Shown piece after piece: positions 51,233 to 59,398 of a stretch of DNA of 64,000 nucleotides. Made by a program: the position numbers and the translations under genes. The notes below the pieces were generated by a model that was not told where the DNA came from, did not search any database, and worked only from the letters and a program-made list of their open reading frames with translations. The stretch covers positions 2,251 through 66,250 of the forward strand of contig CAYHTW010000002.1 of assembly GCA_964360065.1 (NCBI GenBank). The letters are read 5' to 3'. How positions within the stretch are numbered: position 1 is the stretch's first letter; each line of letters begins with the position of its first letter. This DNA comes from an uncultured Candidatus Saccharibacteria bacterium (GTDB lineage Bacteria > Patescibacteriota > Minisyncoccia > UBA6257 > Colwellbacteraceae).

Positions 51233-51351
51233 AGAGAGTAGGCGTAGGCTTCTTTTATACTTTGGAGTGTAAATCTGGAGACAAAATGTATAGTAAATTT
51301 GTTGAAGTAGATGTTGAGTAAACAAAGATTATCCTGCTATCATTTATACAC

Positions 51352-51954
51352 ATGCCACAAACTCTAAAGCGTATATGGAGAATAGCCCGTATTCCATTGG
51401 GCGTTGTTTTGCTTCTTTATGTCGGGCTTGTCATATATCGCGTTCCTGCCGCATTTGAAAGGCAAAAGACACAAGATGTCGTTGCGCAAATTCACGCGCA
51501 AAAGCTGACGCTTGCCGACGTGAACGGCGAGAATCTTCCGCCCGTGCCCGACCCCGCTTTGGTAGATACAACGATTGAGGGTGTGGATGCGAACAAGAAC
51601 GGAATTCGCGACGATGTTGAGCTGGCGATTTTCAAAAAGTATCCCGACTCCGCAAGAATCCGCGCGGCGGAGTTGCAGTACGCGATGGCGTTACAGAACG
51701 AGATGACAAGCAATGTGTTCAATTCGGAGACACTTATAGCAGTTATGCAACAGGAGGATAGAGCATATTTTTGTATCGGCGATGCCGTCCCCAATCAATC
51801 GCCAGACATTCTTTCTAAGAAAACTGATGATTTAGCTTTTAATATCACTACTCGAAAACAGAGACATCAAGATATTTTCAGTAGCTACATGTCCTCGTTT
51901 AAGAGTGTGGGGGGGCTTCACTGTGATATTGATTTAACATCTCTACCTAACTAA
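51352..51954 (+). CDS. Membrane-anchored hypothetical protein with Ca-binding-like loop
   Basis: TM, GVDANKNGIRDDVE, Cys pair. Confidence 0.75.
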   Translation: MPQTLKRIWRIARIPLGVVLLLYVGLVIYRVPAAFERQKTQDVVAQIHAQKLTLADVNGENLPPVPDPALVDTTIEGVDANKNGIRDDVELAIFKKYPDSARIRAAELQYAMALQNEMTSNVFNSETLIAVMQQEDRAYFCIGDAVPNQSPDILSKKTDDLAFNITTRKQRHQDIFSSYMSSFKSVGGLHCDIDLTSLPN

Positions 51955-52232
51955 GCTCAAAAAATCTTCCGCTTTCTCCGCTATCACTCTCCCGCCATTC
52001 CCGAAAACCTCAAACGAAGCAGAAAAAGATACTGTTTTGCGAGGAGGCAGGGGCATAAACGCCAGCATTGAAGCCAGAAATGGAGAGACGTACCCCTACA
52101 AACGGGGCATGCCGGATTGAAGGGGTGATTGAAGGGGTAAACGTCAGCAATTTCTGCTAAAATATGTTCGAACAGAGACACGGATACACACCAACACAGA
52201 GGATAGGTCAGAATTTCCACCTAACTATAAAA

Positions 52233-52751
52233 ATGATAAGAACTTTTTCGGAAAATATTGTTTTCTTTGATACCGAGTTTTCGGATCTGGATTCGGAGAC
52301 CGGCAAGTTGTTATCCATAGGTATGGTCAGACCGGACGGTGAGGAACTCTATTTAGAAATAGAGTACGAAGTGGAACCCAACGACTGGGTTAAAGAAAAT
52401 GTAGTCCCCTTCCTTAAGGGCAAGAAAGTAAGCGAAGAAGAAGCCAGAGACAAGATAAGAAGTTTCCTTGGAGACACCTCTCCATACCTGCTTTCTTACG
52501 TTAACCAGTTTGATGCGATTTATTGGTACAAACTATTTGGAGCCAGAACCCATCCAGCCGCTAAGATTCCATTAGATTTTTCTTCAATGCTATTTACCTT
52601 GGGGTTCAATCCAGGAAGCTTGTCTAACGACGATTTTCTTGATGACTTAGGCATAGACGCCAGCAAATACCAAAAACACAACGCCTTGGATGACGCGAAG
52701 CTTCTTAAAGAAGTTTATGTAAAATTTTTTAAGAGATACGGTAACTATTGA
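52233..52751 (+). CDS. DEDDh 3'-5' exonuclease-like protein
   Basis: FFDTEF, LLSIG, WVKENVVP, HNALDDA; start MIRTF. Confidence 0.85.
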   Translation: MIRTFSENIVFFDTEFSDLDSETGKLLSIGMVRPDGEELYLEIEYEVEPNDWVKENVVPFLKGKKVSEEEARDKIRSFLGDTSPYLLSYVNQFDAIYWYKLFGARTHPAAKIPLDFSSMLFTLGFNPGSLSNDDFLDDLGIDASKYQKHNALDDAKLLKEVYVKFFKRYGNY

Positions 52752-52890
52752 GCGCCCTTGACCTGCTGAGGGTAAGCTTGGAACCGTTTTCGTATTAACA
52801 CATATGGAGCTCCCAACTCATTCGGCAAAATCAATCGGCAATTTTTTAGAATTGCCGATTGAGGTTTTAAGCGGTTTCCTGGTAAGCCCA
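52750..52890 (-). ncRNA. Candidate structured ncRNA of unknown family
   Basis: Closing helix GCTT..GGAAACCG / CGGTTCC-AAGC, perfect 13-bp inner hairpin 52831-52862, TAGTAT -10 upstream. Confidence 0.4.
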
Positions 52891-52998
52891 TGAATACTAC
52901 ATCTGTGCATAAAGTGTGAAACATTTGACAAAAAGCGTAAAACATCGTGAACATCAAAACGCCAGATAACCGCATGAATACTACACTTCGTAAAAGTG

Positions 52999-53017
52999 AA
53001 GTTTCACGTGAAACTTT
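52999..53017. repeat. parS-like palindrome
   Basis: AAGTTTCACGTGAAACTTT; core matches parS consensus GTTTCACGTGAAAC. Confidence 0.75.
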
Positions 53018-53034
53018 TAGATTAAAATGGCTAA

Positions 53035-53472
53035 CTAAAATTTTGGATTCTTATCGTAATATCCCGATTTATAAAGGCGCCATATAACCTTATAATTTTT
53101 AGGCACGTTCGTGTCTCTTCCAATATTTTCTAACCATTCCTCAAACTGTATGCCCTTATGTCCATAAAGCCTTTTATAGAAGAACGGTACAATTGTATTT
53201 TTAAGCGTTCCAAGGTCCCTAACCATCAACCTAACTATTGCGCCTCTATTATGACCGTCTTTCCTATACGGGCCGAGCCTATACATTCTAGTCTTTATAT
53301 TAAGATGATTTCTTACGGCTTCTACGAGATCACCATCTCTCTCATTCATGGTGATAGTGAACATAGGAAGTCTTGGTTTCATTGATTGGCCATTCTTCAA
53401 TGGTACATTACAAAAACTAAAACATCCCTCTCCTTCTATAAGTCCCCTAATGTAATCGTTAGTTAAAATCAT
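53035..53472 (-). CDS. Free-standing single-motif LAGLIDADG endonuclease
   Basis: YIRGLIEGEGCFSF, IVPFF, LYGHKGIQF. Confidence 0.85.
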   Translation of the reverse strand: MILTNDYIRGLIEGEGCFSFCNVPLKNGQSMKPRLPMFTITMNERDGDLVEAVRNHLNIKTRMYRLGPYRKDGHNRGAIVRLMVRDLGTLKNTIVPFFYKRLYGHKGIQFEEWLENIGRDTNVPKNYKVIWRLYKSGYYDKNPKF

Positions 53473-53492
53473 AGCTTATCACTGTTCCTTAT

Positions 53493-53520
53493 TTGCAAAG
53501 TTTCACGTGAAACTTTGCAA
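53493..53520. repeat. Extended parS-like palindrome
   Basis: TTGCAAAGTTTCACGTGAAACTTTGCAA, perfect 28-bp palindrome. Confidence 0.8.
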
Positions 53521-53584
53521 GATAGGCTCTGGATGTATGCCGGGTAAACACTTATAATCTTATTATAAAGTTTTTCGTGAAACA

Positions 53585-53962
53585 ATGCCTTCAAAATCGG
53601 AAACTGGTAAATTAGGAGAAGATCTAGCCTCTCGGTATCTCAAGGGTAAGGGATATAAGATTATTGAAAGAAACTACCGGAAGCCCTGGGGAGAGCTGGA
53701 TATGGTGGCTTATTCTGAAACTGGGGTGTTGGTTTTTGTAGAGGTTAAAACCGTTACGTCGCATAATGTGGATAAGATGTTGATAACTGCCGAGGATCAG
53801 ATGACTCGTCAGAAGATAGAAAAGCTAAAAAGAGTATCTGCCATGTATGCCCAAAGCTTCCCCGAAAAAATAAACGAAGCTCTTGGATGGAGGATAGATG
53901 TTTTAGCCTTGACAATAAACGGAAAAGATTGTGTTGTGAAACATTACGAAAATATAAGTTAA
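53585..53962 (+). CDS. yraN: YraN-family (UPF0102) nuclease-like protein
   Basis: GKLGED, ERNYR, GELD, FVEVKT, RIDV. Confidence 0.9.
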   Translation: MPSKSETGKLGEDLASRYLKGKGYKIIERNYRKPWGELDMVAYSETGVLVFVEVKTVTSHNVDKMLITAEDQMTRQKIEKLKRVSAMYAQSFPEKINEALGWRIDVLALTINGKDCVVKHYENIS

Positions 53963-54004
53963 GGTTTTTTGACATAAAGATTATTTTGTAAGAGAATAGA
54001 GCTT

Positions 54005-54283
54005 ATGCCTAGAACAAAATCAGCCAAGAAAGCTTTAAGACAGAGTGCAAGAAGGAGAGTCAGAAACATAGAAGGCGCCGATAATTTGAAGGCTACTGTT
54101 AAAAATTATAAAAAACTACTTCTGGAGGGTAAGTTGAAAGAGGCCGAACAGTCTCTCTCTTCTGTTTATAAACTCTTAGATAAGTCAGCTAATAAGAATC
54201 TTATTAAAAAGAATAAAGCTTCCAGAATGAAGTCGCGTTTTTCTCGTCAGCTTAAGACGAAATCAAGCAAGACCTCTTCGTAA
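54005..54283 (+). CDS. rpsT: 30S ribosomal protein S20
   Basis: KSAKKALRQS, KNKASRMKSR. Confidence 0.95.
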   Translation: MPRTKSAKKALRQSARRRVRNIEGADNLKATVKNYKKLLLEGKLKEAEQSLSSVYKLLDKSANKNLIKKNKASRMKSRFSRQLKTKSSKTSS

Positions 54284-55020
54284 TCCAGCTTGCCCGATTT
54301 AACCGCTACGTCATAGTTGGCAAAAACTTCGGCTTCTTTTTTGTTTGATAAACGATAACTCAAACTATTAAAGACTCTCGCTGGGTCATCTCTTCTGTCG
54401 CTAAGTATTATCTCTAGGGCTGAGAGCTTTCTTTTGAAATCGCCATAACCTTTTAACGCGTTAATCAAAGAGAAGTAATCATCATTGCGTTTTTTCTGGA
54501 TATCCCGGCTGCTACTCAAGGAAAGTTTTTCCAGTTCAGTTACGATCCCCCATGTGTCTCCGCTAAATAGTTCTCTAATGGATTTAACTGTCTCCGCAGA
54601 CAATTTCAGGCCCAGCCTTTCGGCTTCTTTGCTTATAAAGCTGTTCAGCTGTGAATCGGAGAGAGCCGCGAACTCTTGGGCTTGGACCGGCACATCTACC
54701 AGAAACTTAAACTTAACGGGGGGGGTTTTATCGGCGATTATGAGAAGAACTGATTCTTTCCCGTCCACCTCATTTTTTAGATATTCTTTAAGGTCTTTAT
54801 TACCTTCGGCTTCATAGAGATTATTAATGACCGCTAACTTCTTATCCTCAAACATAGAACGATTAACCAAGAAGTTTCTTAATCTTACTACTTCATTCGG
54901 GTCCGATAAATCAAAGCGTTCTTTAGATAGATTACCCCTCTTGGCCTCGTAAGCTGTCTCTATCGCCAGTTGTTTTTTAAGCCTCCTATAAGAGTCTTCG
55001 CCGTATAAAAATATAATCAT
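54247..55020 (-). CDS. holA: DNA polymerase III delta subunit
   Basis: FLYGED, SMF..KK, ELEKL, VKSG; convergent with rpsT. Confidence 0.75.
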   Translation of the reverse strand: MIIFLYGEDSYRRLKKQLAIETAYEAKRGNLSKERFDLSDPNEVVRLRNFLVNRSMFEDKKLAVINNLYEAEGNKDLKEYLKNEVDGKESVLLIIADKTPPVKFKFLVDVPVQAQEFAALSDSQLNSFISKEAERLGLKLSAETVKSIRELFSGDTWGIVTELEKLSLSSSRDIQKKRNDDYFSLINALKGYGDFKRKLSALEIILSDRRDDPARVFNSLSYRLSNKKEAEVFANYDVAVKSGKLDYEEVLLDFVLS

Positions 55021-56363
55021 TATTGGGACTCGTCGTAGAATACTTCTTTGGGGGGGACAAGAGTTGGATCGGTTGGCAAGGTAATATAAACCTTAGTACC
55101 TCGGCCCACTTCAGACTCCAACCAAATATTGCCACCGTGTCTATTAATAATATTTTTGGCGATATAAAGCCCCAAACCAGTTCCTTCAGTCCTGATTCTC
55201 GTGGCGTTTTCGGCCCTAAAGAACTTTTTAAAGAGCTTTTTTACGTCACTAGCCGGGATGCCCATGCCTGTATCAGCAACGCTAATCTGGGCGTAGGACT
55301 TATCTTGCAGTTTCTCCAGCTTCACCGTTACGCTACCGTTTTTAATGTTATACTTGATGGCGTTATCGATAATATTAGATAAGGCCATACCCAACTTGGC
55401 TGGGTCTATTCTAACTACTATTGAGGGGTCTGCTCCTTTATCAAAATACAGATTCACGCCGTACTCTTTAGCCATCAAATTGGCATTGGTTAAGAGATCG
55501 GACAGGAAAGAGACCAAATCCGCATTCCCAATATTGTAACCAAAGCGTCCTTCCTCAATCATAGAAACGTCAAGAAGGTCATTAACAATCTTGAGCGTTT
55601 TCCCTGCCGCCAGAGCTCCATTTTGTACTAATTCTTTATCGCTAGGTTCTAGAGAAGTTATTTTACTCAAAGCTTCAAATGTCCAATTGATACCGGTTAG
55701 AGGAGTTCTCAGTTGGTGGGCCGCCACGGCAATGAACTCTGACTTTGATTTATAAAGCTCAACTTCCCTAGTTCTGTCATGAATAATTTTTACGAAGCCG
55801 CTTACCTCGCCATTAGACAGTATCATCTTAATGGTAGTGACGGTTAAATTCATTTCCGGATTATCAAAGGTGACATCAAAGACCTGTGGATAGCCATCTC
55901 CTTCGCTTCTTTTAATAACCATGGGGGCGAGAGATGGGAAGAGGATTTGAGCCAGCATCCTAAACTTTTCTTCTTTAGCTCTTTCCGGTCCGAAATATTG
56001 TCCAATAATACCCTCTCTTTTGAGACCCAAGAGTTTCTCGGCGGCAATATTTATTATTGTTATCTTGAAATTATTATCGTAGGAGACAACCGCATCGGAT
56101 AAGCCAGAGACTATATCATTAAGCCTTAAGGCGCTGGATTTCATCTCTTTGTTAGACTTAGCAGTCCGTAAGTTATTCCAGAAGATGAGGAGAATTATGA
56201 CTAAAACAATGGAGCTCTTAACGGCCCAGTTAAGTGAAGTAAAGAAATAATCTGAAGCGAAGAGTAGAACAACGAGAACCAGAAATACCCATAAAGACCT
56301 CATTTCGGGAAGTTTTAAGTCGGCTACCCTGAAATTCACATTTTCTTTGAGTTTTTGGGACAT
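55020..56363 (-). CDS. PAS-domain sensor histidine kinase
   Basis: AHQLRTPL, NAIKY, DTGMG, GTGLGL. Confidence 0.92.
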   Translation of the reverse strand: MSQKLKENVNFRVADLKLPEMRSLWVFLVLVVLLFASDYFFTSLNWAVKSSIVLVIILLIFWNNLRTAKSNKEMKSSALRLNDIVSGLSDAVVSYDNNFKITIINIAAEKLLGLKREGIIGQYFGPERAKEEKFRMLAQILFPSLAPMVIKRSEGDGYPQVFDVTFDNPEMNLTVTTIKMILSNGEVSGFVKIIHDRTREVELYKSKSEFIAVAAHQLRTPLTGINWTFEALSKITSLEPSDKELVQNGALAAGKTLKIVNDLLDVSMIEEGRFGYNIGNADLVSFLSDLLTNANLMAKEYGVNLYFDKGADPSIVVRIDPAKLGMALSNIIDNAIKYNIKNGSVTVKLEKLQDKSYAQISVADTGMGIPASDVKKLFKKFFRAENATRIRTEGTGLGLYIAKNIINRHGGNIWLESEVGRGTKVYITLPTDPTLVPPKEVFYDESQ

Positions 56364-56372
56364 TAGGTTTAA

Positions 56373-57269
56373 TTATAGCCCGCTTACGCGTTCAATTAAA
56401 CTATTGAAGCCAAGCTCTTTAAACTCTTTAGAGATTTTCTTCGTATTCAACTCACCACGATCTAAGTCCCGAAGCGAAACAACAAGAGGTAAATCAAAGC
56501 GTAAAGTGGCTAGTTTTTTGGACAGAACGCCCTTGTCCCGTCCCAATGAGAGCTTGTCCTGAACTTTAAGTTCAGGGAGCCCCACTTCATCTATCTCCTT
56601 GTAGATATTTTCCAATGAGCCAAACTTATTGAGTAGGGCCACGGCGGTCTTGGGCCCAATACCCTGAACGCCTGGGATGTTGTCGGACTTATCTCCAACT
56701 AATCCTTTGTAGTCGGCCAAAAGAGATGAAGGGAGGCCAAATCTGGCCTGGACCGCCGCTTCGTCGTAAATGACGGTGCTGCTAATTCCTTTTTGAGGAG
56801 ACATTACTACTACCTTATCGCCTCTAACAGCCTGAAGCATATCTAAGTCTCCAGATAGAATGCAGATTTTCCCTAAAGATTCTTCGGTTATGAATTTTTG
56901 AGAAAAAGTAGCTACAACATCATCCGCTTCCCAGCCTGCGAATCCAAAAGACTTAATACCAAACAGAGTCAATAAGTTTTTAGCTTCTATAAGTTGGGAG
57001 ACAAGTTCTGGGTCGGCGGGACCCCTGGTGCCTTTATATTCTTTGTATTCCTGTTTTCTGAAGGTTGGCTCGGGGGTGTCAAAGGCGGCGGCAATATAAC
57101 GGGGGGCGCCATTGCCAACTATTCCTTCCCTCAAGACTTTAATAAGGATACTGGAAACACCGTAAAGAGCACCAGTGGGCTCGCCAGTAGGGGAAGTAAA
57201 GGGGGGTAGGGCGTGATAAGCCCGATGAATAAGGGAGTTAGCGTCTATTAAAAGTAAGGTGTCTTTCAT
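56373..57269 (-). CDS. Stand-alone 5'-3' exonuclease (PolA N-terminal domain)
   Basis: LIDANS, YKGTR, EADD, SGDLD, GDKSDNIPGV; no polymerase domain. Confidence 0.9.
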   Translation of the reverse strand: MKDTLLLIDANSLIHRAYHALPPFTSPTGEPTGALYGVSSILIKVLREGIVGNGAPRYIAAAFDTPEPTFRKQEYKEYKGTRGPADPELVSQLIEAKNLLTLFGIKSFGFAGWEADDVVATFSQKFITEESLGKICILSGDLDMLQAVRGDKVVVMSPQKGISSTVIYDEAAVQARFGLPSSLLADYKGLVGDKSDNIPGVQGIGPKTAVALLNKFGSLENIYKEIDEVGLPELKVQDKLSLGRDKGVLSKKLATLRFDLPLVVSLRDLDRGELNTKKISKEFKELGFNSLIERVSGL

Positions 57270-57675
57270 TCTGATGATTGCTGTCTCGGCTATGGGCAAA
57301 TTTTATCCAGATAGTGCCTTTAGGAAGAATATGCCTAACTTTATCGGCCCACTCTATTACTACTATATTAGGGGATTTAAAAATCTCTTTAGCTCCCAGA
57401 TGCACGAGGTCGTAAGCCGCTACCCGGTAAGCGTCAATATGGTACACGTTCCTCTTACTTTTTAAAACGAACCTCCGCATAACGAGAAACGTCGGACTAG
57501 TGACTTTTTTCTTACTGCCCAAGGCTTTAATCAAACTCTTAGTGAAAGTAGTTTTGCCTGCGCCCAGATCGCCGACCAACCCGAGGACAACGAGAGATTC
57601 AGTTTTTATAATCTCGCTCCCTAAAACTTCGGCTAGATAGGAAGTTTCCTTGGGGTTTAAAGATTTGATTCTCAT
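57238..57675 (-). CDS. tsaE: tRNA t6A biosynthesis ATPase TsaE
   Basis: GDLGAGKT, SPTF, HIDAYR, IEW. Confidence 0.95.
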   Translation of the reverse strand: MRIKSLNPKETSYLAEVLGSEIIKTESLVVLGLVGDLGAGKTTFTKSLIKALGSKKKVTSPTFLVMRRFVLKSKRNVYHIDAYRVAAYDLVHLGAKEIFKSPNIVVIEWADKVRHILPKGTIWIKFAHSRDSNHQNERHLTFNRR

Positions 57676-58175
57676 TATTTATCCGCCGGCTGGCGGAACA
57701 ATTTAAATATATGGACACTCGCGAGACCAGAGAGAACTGCTAGAAAAAGTCCAAGGACGATGGGCCAGAAATCATAAGTTTCTTTGAAATTGAATCCCAC
57801 AGCCGGGGCGCTTTGAGTAACTGTAGAAACGATGGACGCCTCGGCGCGTGCGGTTCGAAACCTAGCAGCTATTACAATCTGCCCCTCGGTAATTCCATTG
57901 TAGCCTAACTTATCAACTTCCTTGCCAGAGACATCGGAGATGTAAACAGAGTCGGAGTCATTGTTTAAAGTTATTCTTGTTTCATTGTAAGACAGCTTTA
58001 AATCCCCAGAAGGGGGAATAGTTTGCCCATCTAATTTAAAAACTTTCCCACCCGCATCTCTAAGTGCCCAGCCATTTAAAACAACTGGAGAAGAGCTGTC
58101 GTTAAAAAGTTTTATCCATTCACCGTCTGCGTCTTTACCAGCCGGATTGGGCAAAAGCTCTTTAAAGTAAATCAT
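57675..58175 (-). CDS. Lamin-tail-domain protein with C-terminal TM
   Basis: ELLPNP, EWIKLFN, LNGWAL, LNND. Confidence 0.75.
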   Translation of the reverse strand: MIYFKELLPNPAGKDADGEWIKLFNDSSSPVVLNGWALRDAGGKVFKLDGQTIPPSGDLKLSYNETRITLNNDSDSVYISDVSGKEVDKLGYNGITEGQIVIAARFRTARAEASIVSTVTQSAPAVGFNFKETYDFWPIVLGLFLAVLSGLASVHIFKLFRQPADK

Positions 58176-59206
58176 AAAAGTCTGTCGGGCTGTTTTTTGC
58201 CTAAGTGAGAATAAGCCAGAGGCTCGGCAGTACGACCGGCCGCGGTTCTCCTAATGAGGCCTAGTTTTAGCAGATATGGCTCGTAAACGTTCTCTACTAT
58301 GGCCCTGTCTTCGTTAATGGAGGCTGCAATAGTGCCGACGCCTACAGGGCCACCATTAAATTTCTCTATAATTGCCGAGAGTAAAAGCCTGTCGTGAGCC
58401 TCTAACCCAAGTTTGTCCACCTGTAAAATATCCAGAATCTTTTCGGCCACCTCTTCATCTACGCTGGGTTTGCCGTGAACCTCCATAAAGTCTCGGGCCC
58501 GTTTTAATAAACGGTTCGCCACCCTGGGGGTGAAACGAGAAGCCTTGGCCAAGATTTTCACCGCGCCGTCCGTTATTCTCAACCTCAGAATAGAAGCAGA
58601 TCTTTTGATAATAGCCTCTATGTCTTTCTCTTCGTAGTAATCGAGCCTGAAGGTGGCGCCGAAGCGAGACCTTAAGGGTTCCGAAAGTAAATCCATTCTA
58701 GTTGTGGCTGCCACAAGAGTGAAGGGAGGAATATCTAAAGAAATAGTTCTGGCTCCCGCACCTTTACCTATAATGATATGTAACTTACGCGACTCCATGG
58801 CGGGGTAGAGAACTTCTTCCACCATTCTATTTAAGCGATGGGCTTCATCTATAAAGAGGACGTCGCCTGATTCCAGGTTGCTTAAAATAGAAGCTAGGTC
58901 CCCCATTTTTTCTATAGCCGGGCCAGATGTAATTTTCATTACGGAATTCATTTCTCTGGAGACTAGTTTGGCTAAAGTGGTTTTACCTAAACCTGCCTGG
59001 CCGTAGAAAAGAAGATGGTCTGACACCTCACCGCGAGATTTGGCGGCGTCAATAATAATTTTAAGACTTATTTTTATTTTCTCCTGACCAATATATTCAT
59101 CCCACTTACTGGGGCGGAGAATAGTATCAACGGTTTCGTCCATCTCCTCGGGATGGAGGGAGGTTTTAGTTATCTCTTTATCTTTGTTGTTGGTTCTTTT
59201 GGGCAT
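58172..59206 (-). CDS. ruvB: Holliday junction helicase RuvB
   Basis: LRP...YIGQ, GLGKTT, FIDEAHRL, YEPYL. Confidence 0.97.
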   Translation of the reverse strand: MPKRTNNKDKEITKTSLHPEEMDETVDTILRPSKWDEYIGQEKIKISLKIIIDAAKSRGEVSDHLLFYGQAGLGKTTLAKLVSREMNSVMKITSGPAIEKMGDLASILSNLESGDVLFIDEAHRLNRMVEEVLYPAMESRKLHIIIGKGAGARTISLDIPPFTLVAATTRMDLLSEPLRSRFGATFRLDYYEEKDIEAIIKRSASILRLRITDGAVKILAKASRFTPRVANRLLKRARDFMEVHGKPSVDEEVAEKILDILQVDKLGLEAHDRLLLSAIIEKFNGGPVGVGTIAASINEDRAIVENVYEPYLLKLGLIRRTAAGRTAEPLAYSHLGKKQPDRLL

Positions 59207-59242
59207 ATTGACAAAGCTTATTCATTATGTTATGCTTAATCT

Positions 59243-59398
59243 AAGTTAGAAAGCGTAGGCCTGCGGGCAGAGAATCTATTGAGGCAGGACAATCTGGTTT
59301 CGGCTGGGTTACTCCCCACAACAGATTCTAAGCTTTTTTAGATTTAATTTAAAAGAGCATCATCCCTCCAAGGAATTGCCCGCAGACCTACTTTTTTT
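59243..59398 (+). ncRNA. Candidate independently transcribed structured ncRNA (possibly 6S-like)
   Basis: TTGACA-17-TATGCT promoter; closing stem GTAGGCCTGCGGGCA / TGCCCGCAGACCTAC then T-run. Confidence 0.55.

Noticed and set aside
51960-52230. Possible IS remnant or the 78-aa minus-strand ORF
   Set aside because: No terminal inverted repeats or transposase motifs identifiable; only a short GATTGAAGGGGT tandem duplication.
52750-53560. Group I intron hosting the LAGLIDADG gene
   Set aside because: No interrupted host gene or exon halves, and I could not identify the P7 core; a covariance search is needed to exclude it fully.
33392-53776. DnaA-box matches (TGTGGATAA at about 33393 and 53767; near-match at 37383) as oriC
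   Set aside because: Isolated single boxes, one inside yraN; no cluster, unwinding element or dnaA gene.
55020-56363. Histidine kinase without adjacent response regulator
   Set aside because: Orphan kinases are common and the partner may lie outside the window.
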